A stretch of 64,000 bases of DNA from a virus (Duplodnaviria > Caudoviricetes): positions 1-64,000 of IMG/VR virus record IMGVR_UViG_3300031414_000007; one strand, 5' to 3'. Shown one piece after another: positions 19,068 through 26,769 of the stretch (positions are counted from its first letter, which is position 1; the number at the start of each line of letters is the position of its first letter). The position numbers were made by a program, and so were the translations under genes. The notes beneath the pieces were generated by a model, which was given only the letters and a program-made list of their open reading frames with translations, had not been told where the DNA came from and searched no databases.

Positions 19068-19610
19068 ATGACGGAAAAGATTACGCAGTTGGAGAAATGG
19101 TTTGACGCGGCGAAAGTCGCGTTTAAGATGGGCACACGCAATCCTGCCGGTGACATTGCTCTCGTACTCAGCATTCACAAGCGTCTGGCAAAGAAGCTGA
19201 ACGATGCCAAAGACGATGCAGAGCGCATCAGTGCGGAACGTGAACTCAACGAGTTTCTTGATGACTTGGCTCAACCGTGTGTTATGTACGAGCTGATTCG
19301 CAAGCGCTTCAACACCGACCTGTACCCCAACATTAAGATTGGTGAAGACGTTAAGATCTATATCGCGCTTATGGCAGAAACACCAGGTAGCGCAGTAATG
19401 GCAATGACGTACCTGTATCTCGCTCGCTGCTATACGCTGCAAGATATGGTAGCGAACTTCCTCCCGAATGGCTATCCTGCCTCTGACGCTCTCGGTCTTA
19501 CGTGGAGCATTCAGAAAGGAAACAGTTCTAGCTTCACTGGAAATCTGGTGGATGATATTGAAACTGTAAATAGCCTGTACAATAAGATGTATAGCTCGGG
19601 AGAGAAGTAA
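19068..19610 (+). CDS. hypothetical protein
   Basis: SD GAGGA; 180 aa. Confidence 0.8.
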   Translation: MTEKITQLEKWFDAAKVAFKMGTRNPAGDIALVLSIHKRLAKKLNDAKDDAERISAERELNEFLDDLAQPCVMYELIRKRFNTDLYPNIKIGEDVKIYIALMAETPGSAVMAMTYLYLARCYTLQDMVANFLPNGYPASDALGLTWSIQKGNSSSFTGNLVDDIETVNSLYNKMYSSGEK

Positions 19611-20203
19611 TGGATTTATCTGCAATCGGTTACGCCCCGAAGCAGTTTCGAGTAATCCCCGTTGAGAAGGGCAATCTCGTTACTGACTTCATTGAAGGTA
19701 AGTTTCGCGTTATTGGCGTTGAATGTAACGCTCGTGGTGCTTACGGTAGTCCTATCCAAAAGAGTATTGCACGTCGCTTCCCCGAAGTTGTGCGCCACGT
19801 CGATTCAATCGACTATGAGCACGAACTGACAATCGGTAAGACGCACATGGTACGTGTTAGCACTCGTCATCGTCGCAATCTGTTTGTGGCTAACATGCAC
19901 ATTGCGCGTGGCTTCGGTCTAGGCCTCAACGGTTCTGCTGAGGGTTTTCACAAGCCCATCAATCGTTTCAGTGAGAAGTTCCTGACGCGAGCTTTTGAGG
20001 ACCTGCTGGAGCAGTGTGCAAAAGAAAACATTGCACCAGACAGGCAGATTGCAATCCAACGTTTCTACGGCGGATTAGGCGGGGTTTCGTGGGAAGAAGT
20101 ATGTGCAGTTCTGGACGCTATCTGCGAGAAGCACCAGTTCAATATGTATGCCTATCTACCACGCAACTACAACACTAACTTTGTGCGGGGCGTCGCTCAA
20201 TAA
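19610..20203 (+). CDS. macrodomain protein (Poa1p/DarG-like fold)
   Basis: KGNLV..IGVECNARGAYGSPIQKSIARRFP; IAIQRFYGGLGGVSWEEV matches macro pattern G-x-G-IA and IGxGLGGLxW. Confidence 0.7.
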   Translation: MDLSAIGYAPKQFRVIPVEKGNLVTDFIEGKFRVIGVECNARGAYGSPIQKSIARRFPEVVRHVDSIDYEHELTIGKTHMVRVSTRHRRNLFVANMHIARGFGLGLNGSAEGFHKPINRFSEKFLTRAFEDLLEQCAKENIAPDRQIAIQRFYGGLGGVSWEEVCAVLDAICEKHQFNMYAYLPRNYNTNFVRGVAQ

Positions 20204-20215
20204 CTCTGGGGTGTA

Positions 20216-20560
20216 TTGATGAATACAATACGCGGATTTGATTGGCTCTTTTACGGAGATGGAACCGATAGTGGCCAACACTCAATTTTAAGCGTCGTTG
20301 TTGAACAAGCAACGAAATCAGTGCAGGTGGAAGTGAAGCCAGGAATGGCGGTGCCTGTAATTCAAGCGATTCAGGAAAATGAAGTCCTGTACGCTCAAAC
20401 GGACTCTGGCCTGTATCGCATTCGCTATACTTGTTCGTTCCGTTCACTGGATGCTAACGCATTCCCGAAAGACAAAACAACCTTCCGCTTGAAGCTGATT
20501 GCTTGCGATTTTCTGGCGGACGTAACAACGCACGATAAGCTGTCGGAGTACGTGCCATGA
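20216..20560 (+). CDS. hypothetical protein
   Basis: 114-aa ORF in operon. Confidence 0.7.
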   Translation: MMNTIRGFDWLFYGDGTDSGQHSILSVVVEQATKSVQVEVKPGMAVPVIQAIQENEVLYAQTDSGLYRIRYTCSFRSLDANAFPKDKTTFRLKLIACDFLADVTTHDKLSEYVP

Positions 20561-21309
20561 TCACTGTACAGAAAATTGAAGCCCGTTTAAAAAGACTGGA
20601 CTATACTCGGCCCTCACCTTCGCGTGAGATGCTTGAGGGACTTATGCAAGACGGGCGCACTCGCATTCTCAAGAAGTCTGAGACTGACTTGTGTGCCGAC
20701 TCAGATCGCTACTTTGAGTTTTGTCTTTCACAGGTCGGCTCTTTCTGTACTGCCGCATACAATGCTGTGGAGATCGGTCTGTCTCTCAACATTCAACCAA
20801 TCTATATTGCGGCTGCTATCAATCTGCATGGCGGCGACTGGCAGTATCGCTTTCTTGAATTGAAGCGTTTCGGCCTGTTAGACCGTGGCGATAACACTGT
20901 GTGGCGTTCTGCTGATTCGTGGTTTGGGTTGGGTGAAGCACGTCGCCGTTTGGTACACGCTGGTGCCTCGTCTGAAATCTCTACCGGTCAGTCTATTCTG
21001 CGTATGGCCGTGCGTAAGGGTGATATGGAAAAGATTCGTAAGATTGCAGAAACGAATCCGCATCGCATGATGTCCATTCTCAACATCCGCAAAGAGCCTA
21101 TGTACAATGACCCTCGCACTCTTGCCGCAAAGAAAGCGCGTGAGAAAGCGAAATCGGATGCTGCGGCTGCGGGTAAGAAGCTGGTGGAGAAAGGTGCGTT
21201 CAACGATTTGGGTGGCGTGTTCAATAAAACGATCACAAAAGCAGACCCGGCACGTCCTCGCACCGCTGATGAGTACACAACTGCTGGTGGCAGAAAGTAC
21301 ACCATGTAG
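20557..21309 (+). CDS. hypothetical protein
   Basis: 250 aa, ATGA overlap. Confidence 0.8.
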   Translation: MITVQKIEARLKRLDYTRPSPSREMLEGLMQDGRTRILKKSETDLCADSDRYFEFCLSQVGSFCTAAYNAVEIGLSLNIQPIYIAAAINLHGGDWQYRFLELKRFGLLDRGDNTVWRSADSWFGLGEARRRLVHAGASSEISTGQSILRMAVRKGDMEKIRKIAETNPHRMMSILNIRKEPMYNDPRTLAAKKAREKAKSDAAAAGKKLVEKGAFNDLGGVFNKTITKADPARPRTADEYTTAGGRKYTM

Positions 21310-21331
21310 GCTACGATCCAAGGAGAAGATT

Positions 21332-21709
21332 TTGAAAATCGAATACATAGTTACGCAGATTGAAAAGCTCGTACACAATGAGTACGATACCGTCAATAAA
21401 TATAGCGGTATGACGGCTAGCGAAATCGCCAAGACAGAAGGCAAACTTATCTTCATTATGAACAATACATTTGTTCACGATAAGCTCTTGTGTCTGCCTG
21501 ATGACCATCGTGGAGCTTTTCGTCCTGTAGAGAATATGGAAACATTGCGCACGGGTCTTCTCGGACATGTGCATAACATGCCTATCTACAGTGACTGGAT
21601 GCACGAGCCGCATTCGAGAACCGGCGTCAACCGGGAGCCTCGGGTAGCTGTTGTTGATCTGGAAACCAACGCAATTTTTCGAATTGAAGCAGAGAAATTT
21701 GTTTGCTGA
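21332..21709 (+). CDS. hypothetical protein
   Basis: TTG start after AAGGAG, in frame with the track ORF 21107-21709. Confidence 0.7.
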   Translation: MKIEYIVTQIEKLVHNEYDTVNKYSGMTASEIAKTEGKLIFIMNNTFVHDKLLCLPDDHRGAFRPVENMETLRTGLLGHVHNMPIYSDWMHEPHSRTGVNREPRVAVVDLETNAIFRIEAEKFVC

Positions 21710-21723
21710 TTTTCTGCGAACGG

Positions 21724-21729
21724 TAATTT
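21724..21729 (+). promoter_or_regulatory. TAATTT motif (class B)
   Basis: intergenic, about 35 nt upstream of the cmoA-like gene. Confidence 0.4.
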
Positions 21730-21762
21730 CGACAGGTCAAAACAAATAACGGAAACATAATC

Positions 21763-22533
21763 ATGAGCAACGTTGATACAACAATGCCTGAAGGTAAGTG
21801 GGAGTTCAATGAGCCGGTTGCTGCTGTGTTTGATAACATGCTGCAAAACTCAATCCCGTCTTATGATCGTATGCGTGACCTGACGTATCGTTTAGGTCGT
21901 CAGTTCGTAACTCCCGGTACTGCTATCGTTGACTTGGGTGCAAGCCTCGGTCGTGCGATTGAGCCGTTCTGCAAAGAGTTCGGTCCGTACAACTATCATC
22001 ACTGCCCGCACTCCGATGACGCAGATAGCGAAACAGGCAATCACTACAGCCTGTATGAGATCGCTCCTGCCATGCGCGAACGCCTGATGACCAACGACGT
22101 ACTGGTTGCTGCTGGTGCCAAGTTGGAACGTGACTCTCTAACTGACGTTGATACGTTCCGCTTTGATGGGCAAGTCGAATGCTCATTGATTCTGTCTGTG
22201 CTTACTCTCCAGTTTACGCCGATTGAACATCGTCAGCACATTCTGGAAAAAGTGTACGACAGCCTGGAGAAAGGCGGCGCGTTCATCCTCGTTGAGAAAG
22301 TACTCGGTGACGATAACTTCCTCGACCGTCTGCTGGTAAGCACGTACTATCAGATGAAAGGCGATAACGGTTACTCTCAGGAAAGCATTGCGACGAAACG
22401 TAAGTCACTTGAAGGCGTACTCGTTCCTGTGAAAGCCGCATGGAACGAAGAACTGCTGCGTAAAGCTGGCTTCGACCGCGTAGAGTGCTTCTACCGTGAC
22501 CTGAACTTCGCAGGTTGGATTGCAATCAAGTAA
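21763..22533 (+). CDS. cmoA: carboxy-S-adenosyl-L-methionine synthase (CmoA-like)
   Basis: WEFNEPVAAVFDNMLQNSIPSY, DLGASLG, LTLQF, GGAFILVEK, NGYSQESIATKRKSLE, KAGF..NF; collinear with CmoA motifs. Confidence 0.9.
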   Translation: MSNVDTTMPEGKWEFNEPVAAVFDNMLQNSIPSYDRMRDLTYRLGRQFVTPGTAIVDLGASLGRAIEPFCKEFGPYNYHHCPHSDDADSETGNHYSLYEIAPAMRERLMTNDVLVAAGAKLERDSLTDVDTFRFDGQVECSLILSVLTLQFTPIEHRQHILEKVYDSLEKGGAFILVEKVLGDDNFLDRLLVSTYYQMKGDNGYSQESIATKRKSLEGVLVPVKAAWNEELLRKAGFDRVECFYRDLNFAGWIAIK

Positions 22534-22537
22534 CCGT

Positions 22538-22566
22538 GTGGGTGGCTTCGGCTGCCCACTGCTTTT
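22538..22566 (+). terminator. intrinsic terminator or attenuating hairpin
   Basis: GTGGGTGGC-TTCG-GCTGCCCAC followed by TGCTTTT. Confidence 0.6.
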
Positions 22567-22578
22567 GAGGGAACAACC

Positions 22579-23445
22579 ATGGCTAATGTACGCCAAGAAC
22601 GCTGCGCACGAATGATACGCGAGTCACTAATCGCAGAAATAAAAAAGGCTCGCTCTAAACGTCCTTACGTCTTCCTCAGTGGTGGCGTAGATTCAAACTG
22701 TATTCTTTTTGCTGCACTGGCTGCTGGTTGCAAGCCAATCACACTGAGCTTCCACATGGAAGGCGTTAACAGTCGTGACTTCCGTGCTGCACAAGCTATC
22801 GCTCAGGAGTTTAATCTTGAGCTGATCGAAGTCGTTCTTCCTAACAGCTATGAGAAGTTGAAGAAAGATGTGCTGCTCATGGCAGAGCGTTATGCCTGCA
22901 TTCAGAAGAACGAATTTGAATGTTCATGGCCGATGCTCTACAGCTTCTTCCACGTCCGCAACCACGCGGCAGAGAATGGCATCAAGAATCCTGTGACGTT
23001 TACAGGACAGGGCGCTGACCTGATGTATCTCAGTAGCAAGAAGGCGAGCATTCACTATAAAGATCGTCCGGACGAATGGCGCAAAGAAGGACGCGCTAAT
23101 CCACATCGTACTCAGGGTCGTATCTTACCTGTGATGGCGCGTGATGCTGGTGTGCGCAACATCAAGCCGTGGGATAGCGAAGAAATCCTGCAGGCGTTTC
23201 TCGGCACAAGCTGGGAAGACGTTAACAAGCCTCGTCAGAAAGAGCCATCCCGTATGGCTTTCGAAGAAGACTTCAAACGTATTCGCGTGTACAACCATCA
23301 GAACTTCCAACTCGGTGACACAGGCATCGCAGAGCATTTTGAAAAGCTGCTGGACGACCCTGAGATGAATCCTGATCTTAAATACAAAAGCGTCGTCGGT
23401 GTTTACGGTGAGCTTGCCCGTAAGTATCAGGGAATCGAATCATGA
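22579..23445 (+). CDS. asparagine-synthetase-like ATP-dependent amide ligase (synthetase domain only)
   Basis: PP-loop FLSGGVDS, DFRAAQAIA, FTGQGADL; no N-terminal Ntn glutaminase domain. Confidence 0.8.
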   Translation: MANVRQERCARMIRESLIAEIKKARSKRPYVFLSGGVDSNCILFAALAAGCKPITLSFHMEGVNSRDFRAAQAIAQEFNLELIEVVLPNSYEKLKKDVLLMAERYACIQKNEFECSWPMLYSFFHVRNHAAENGIKNPVTFTGQGADLMYLSSKKASIHYKDRPDEWRKEGRANPHRTQGRILPVMARDAGVRNIKPWDSEEILQAFLGTSWEDVNKPRQKEPSRMAFEEDFKRIRVYNHQNFQLGDTGIAEHFEKLLDDPEMNPDLKYKSVVGVYGELARKYQGIES

Positions 23446-24053
23446 TTCATATCATTGATGGTGGTGTTGGTTGTGATTACGTTTCTGAAAAGCTGCGTGA
23501 CGCTGGAATCAACTGTCGTACTCATGCGCCAAACAACCCACGCATTCGCGCTGCATACGCACCTTATGCCTCGCTGTCCATGGGCTTTAGCGTAGAAGAA
23601 ATTGAGAAGCATATCGGTAACGTGCTTGGCACATATCGTGGCCTATTTCTGATTAGCAGTTACATAGGCTCGCTGGTGGCACGTAGCATGATTGACCAAT
23701 GCGGCCAAAGCCATAACATCATTTACTGCGATGACTTCAAGTGCGGTTCTCTGCCTGTCGTTGCTTCTTCTATTTCTGTAAACACCTATAAGAAGCAACG
23801 GCAACTCGGACGTATTGCTGGACGCCTCAAACACTTTGACCTTGACCACGAATTTATTATTGCAGATAAGGCAGTGCGATTTGCGGCAGGCTCAGAGTTT
23901 GATGAACACGAAGCGCGTAGCGAACTGAACAACCATGCGAAGTTCCTGTCGAGTCCGTCCATGATTGTTGCAGCACACAAACTCGGTGTGCGTAGCAGCA
24001 TGTATCATAACTATGCAGGGCTGGTGAAAGAGTTCATTGAGAATCGCCAGTAG
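23442..24053 (+). CDS. Asp/Glu racemase-fold-like protein, catalytic Cys motifs not evident
   Basis: N-terminus IHIIDGGVGCDYVSEKL..APYASLS..EEI resembles MurI IGxFDSGVGG..APYGxKSxEEI. Confidence 0.45.
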   Translation: MIHIIDGGVGCDYVSEKLRDAGINCRTHAPNNPRIRAAYAPYASLSMGFSVEEIEKHIGNVLGTYRGLFLISSYIGSLVARSMIDQCGQSHNIIYCDDFKCGSLPVVASSISVNTYKKQRQLGRIAGRLKHFDLDHEFIIADKAVRFAAGSEFDEHEARSELNNHAKFLSSPSMIVAAHKLGVRSSMYHNYAGLVKEFIENRQ

Positions 24054-24071
24054 CAGTAACGAGAGGGCACG

Positions 24072-24335
24072 ATGATTAATCGCTTTCAGTTAAAACGAGT
24101 TCCAGTGATTGAAGCCTGTCAGTGGAACGGAGAGAACGTTGAGGAGATGAATCAGTTTCTCAACGGAGGTGGTTACGTTGTAGGTCGTTATGTCCAGATT
24201 GGTGTGACGGACAAACAGGGTAACCCAACTCTGGCTAACGTAGCAGTAGGCAACTACGCAGTGAAAGACGAAGACGGCAAGTACGGCGCAATCACCGCAT
24301 CAGAGTTGATGGACCTTTACGTACTGGCGGATTGA
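24072..24335 (+). CDS. hypothetical protein
   Basis: SD GAGAGGG; IEACQWNGEN pattern typical of small phage proteins. Confidence 0.75.
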   Translation: MINRFQLKRVPVIEACQWNGENVEEMNQFLNGGGYVVGRYVQIGVTDKQGNPTLANVAVGNYAVKDEDGKYGAITASELMDLYVLAD

Positions 24336-24342
24336 GGAACAC

Positions 24343-24798
24343 ATGAATCTTTTCTCTATTTTAAAACAGCAAGTGAAGAAAGCGCTGTCTACCGAAGCGA
24401 ACCACGAACCAGAAATTCGCGCTTTGTTTGACTGGCGTTACTCAGTTGAAATCAAAGGTCAGATGTATATCGTCGGCAAGACAGGAGCAAACACCTGCTT
24501 CTATATCGAGCCGGGAACGTCTGAGCCTATCGCCTGCTATCCCGATGCGTTGCTGGAGAAGATCGACCAGTGGGGTTCAGGCAAGTATGTGTCGTATGCG
24601 ATCTACTTCAAACGCTTCGAAAGCCCTGTTGCTGAGAACATCAAAAGTCTCGAAAAGGCAATGACAGGCAAACCGAAGACCTTTAAGAAAGGTTACTTCA
24701 TCTGTGGCGTTACGCCGAAAGGCAAGCGCGTCAAGCTCTATCGTCTGCAACAGGGATTGAGCGGAATGCAGTGGGTAGCAGTGGAACCTAAAAAGTAA
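24343..24798 (+). CDS. hypothetical protein
   Basis: SD GAGGA; 151 aa. Confidence 0.8.
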   Translation: MNLFSILKQQVKKALSTEANHEPEIRALFDWRYSVEIKGQMYIVGKTGANTCFYIEPGTSEPIACYPDALLEKIDQWGSGKYVSYAIYFKRFESPVAENIKSLEKAMTGKPKTFKKGYFICGVTPKGKRVKLYRLQQGLSGMQWVAVEPKK

Positions 24799-24826
24799 TC
24801 ACGGGCTGTCCGTGTGAGGAGCAAGT

Positions 24827-25120
24827 ATGATTAGTGACATTACAGTCGGCCATATCTATAAGTCACCTAGTGACAGACCATTTATTGTTGACTGCATTGC
24901 TGCGCACGGACAGGATTGCTCTCTACCTATGGTCGTCTATCGTAATCTTGAAAAGACGTTAGACAAACCGGCAGGTACCGTATGGGTAATCCCTGAGTCG
25001 TTGTTCACAATGCAGTTCTCTGAGTATGAATGTGGAGAACATCATGAACACAACGAACTTGTATCAGCATCTGGCGTCAAGGGGGTTCGATCCTTCTTTT
25101 TATCATTGCTGGGTGAGTGA
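24827..25120 (+). CDS. DUF1653-like protein
   Basis: GHIYK..F.V..IAAH....MVVYRNL....WV.PES.F pattern. Confidence 0.6.
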   Translation: MISDITVGHIYKSPSDRPFIVDCIAAHGQDCSLPMVVYRNLEKTLDKPAGTVWVIPESLFTMQFSEYECGEHHEHNELVSASGVKGVRSFFLSLLGE

Positions 25121-25560
25121 AACACAAATGACCGTACCTCTGTTTGCGTTTGACAGAGCGATGCGTGGTCTACAGGTCTACACACCAGATGCACCAAAGC
25201 ACGACGCTAACCCGAAAGCGTGTCGTTACTTTACGCGAGCATTCGGCGGCAAGCAGTTGGTGTGGGGATCGGAAATTAAACCTGAACGGGTCGACCGTAT
25301 TCTTAACTGAGTCTGTGTTCAAGGCATGTGCATTGCATCGTCTTGGACTTAACGCTTGGTCCGTTCTTGGTTCTGATGTTAGTGACCATCTTTATCGTCA
25401 GTTGCGTCTTCTTGGTCTTCGGTTCGTCTGTCTCGGCGATAACGATCCGGCAGGGCAGAAGTTTAGTCAGACGTTTGGGCTAGGCGCTGTTAGTCGTGAC
25501 CTTGATGAACTTACTGACGAGGAACTTCTCGACCTAACTCTACCATTCGTAAGGAAGTAA
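25044..25560 (+). pseudogene. Toprim/primase-like gene split by a +1 frameshift near 25273-25275
   Basis: frame 1 ends LVWGSE; the next frame continues LNLNGSTVFLTESVFKA..LGDNDPAG (Toprim E and DxD). Confidence 0.7.
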
Positions 25561-25561
25561 A

Positions 25562-25996
25562 ATGGAAAACAAACACAAGATCATCATTCGCATCCTAGGT
25601 GATGTGGGTAGCGGTAAGTCTGCTGCATACTGTCGTATTGCTGCGATGCTGAAAGACAGCGGTGCGACTGTTGTTCATGCTGACGAGAAAGCGTGGAACA
25701 TGTTGCAAAACGCAGGCGAAGCCGACCGCGCTAAGGAAGACCTATATACCTTCGCGCCTCAGGTTACTCTGGAGGAAGCCTGCATTCGCTCAGACTCGTC
25801 AATGTCGAAAAATCAGATCATGCAGTATTTCGCATACGCACATCTGCCTGCCCATCTGCAACGTGTCAGTAAGCCGTTCGCGCTGCTGGCGCAAGAGATG
25901 GATCTGTATCTGCCCGACGGCGCTGAGAAGTCTGCTGGTCTGCGTAAACTTCTCGAAGCGAAAGACTGTGCCGTCCGTGCGTTAGTTGCAAAATGA
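25562..25996 (+). CDS. P-loop-like N-terminus fused to a helical-hairpin domain
   Basis: ILGDVGSGKS; C-terminal FAYAHLPAHLQ..AEKSAGLRKLLEAKDCAVRA. Confidence 0.7.
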   Translation: MENKHKIIIRILGDVGSGKSAAYCRIAAMLKDSGATVVHADEKAWNMLQNAGEADRAKEDLYTFAPQVTLEEACIRSDSSMSKNQIMQYFAYAHLPAHLQRVSKPFALLAQEMDLYLPDGAEKSAGLRKLLEAKDCAVRALVAK

Positions 25997-26121
25997 TCGT
26001 ACTGTGCTTTCGCTGTCTCAAAACATACGACATTCTGAAAGCACCTTTGACCAAGACCAAACGGCTGCGCGTCAAAGAGCCTGAGTGTCCTCATTGTGGG
26101 TGTAGGGTTTACTTCTCATAG
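25993..26121 (+). CDS. 42-aa zinc-ribbon protein (not in ORF track)
   Basis: ATGA overlap; MIVLCFRCLK..ECPHCGCRVYFS. Confidence 0.7.
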   Translation: MIVLCFRCLKTYDILKAPLTKTKRLRVKEPECPHCGCRVYFS

Positions 26122-26131
26122 GGAGGCGATC

Positions 26132-26158
26132 ATGAACGATTGGTTCTACGACTGGTAA
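26132..26158 (+). CDS. 8-aa micro-ORF MNDWFYDW
   Basis: GGAGG at 26122-26126, 5 nt upstream of ATG; directly followed by a terminator. Confidence 0.4.
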   Translation: MNDWFYDW

Positions 26159-26164
26159 TAACTC

Positions 26165-26191
26165 AAAGGGTGGCCTAATGGCTGCCCTTTT
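26165..26191 (+). terminator. intrinsic terminator
   Basis: AAAGGGTGGCC-TAAT-GGCTGCCCTTTT. Confidence 0.8.
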
Positions 26192-26313
26192 CTGATCTTA
26201 GACAAGTAAAATAAGTCATTAGGGATAGCGAATAACCATGCGTAAGGCATATAAAACCATGTGTAGGCAGCGTAGAAACACCACCTTTTTCTTGAGCAGT
26301 GGGAAGCGCTTAA

Positions 26314-26325
26314 AATCTGTAAATA
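26314..26325 (+). promoter_or_regulatory. AATCTGTAAATA motif (class A)
   Basis: exact copy about 50 nt upstream of 26365. Confidence 0.6.
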
Positions 26326-26364
26326 TAGCTCAGATACCAATAACTGCTTCTGAGAAGAATAAAA

Positions 26365-26769
26365 ATGAGACCTGAGACTATTGCTCGTACATATAAAGTC
26401 CCAAGCCAAACTTTGGAGTCCGTTCATAACATCTGTGAACGGCAGGGCGTGAAGCTGTCTGACGTTGTTCGTCGATATATTCAATTCGTCGTTCGCACTC
26501 GCGGCGAGTCTTTGCGTTCAGCGCCTCGTCCTGAGTCGGCTCAGCTTAACGTGCGTATGCCTTTTGACTTGGCGCATTCGTTTAGTCATGTGTGCAAACA
26601 ATCTGGTTCAGGCACCAGCACTACTATGACCAGTTTCCTGAAGGAGATCGTTCAACTCAATCGTATTCCTGATGAACTGTTGCAGGAGACCGAAGAAGAT
26701 GTGCGTGAGTATATCCGCAAAGAACGTGCTCGCCTTGATTTACTGGAAGCTCAATTCGGAAAACAATAA
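26365..26769 (+). CDS. tandem ribbon-helix-helix DNA-binding protein
   Basis: two RHH-like units: RTYKVP..LSDVVRRYI and QLNVRMP..TMTSFLKEIV. Confidence 0.55.
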   Translation: MRPETIARTYKVPSQTLESVHNICERQGVKLSDVVRRYIQFVVRTRGESLRSAPRPESAQLNVRMPFDLAHSFSHVCKQSGSGTSTTMTSFLKEIVQLNRIPDELLQETEEDVREYIRKERARLDLLEAQFGKQ

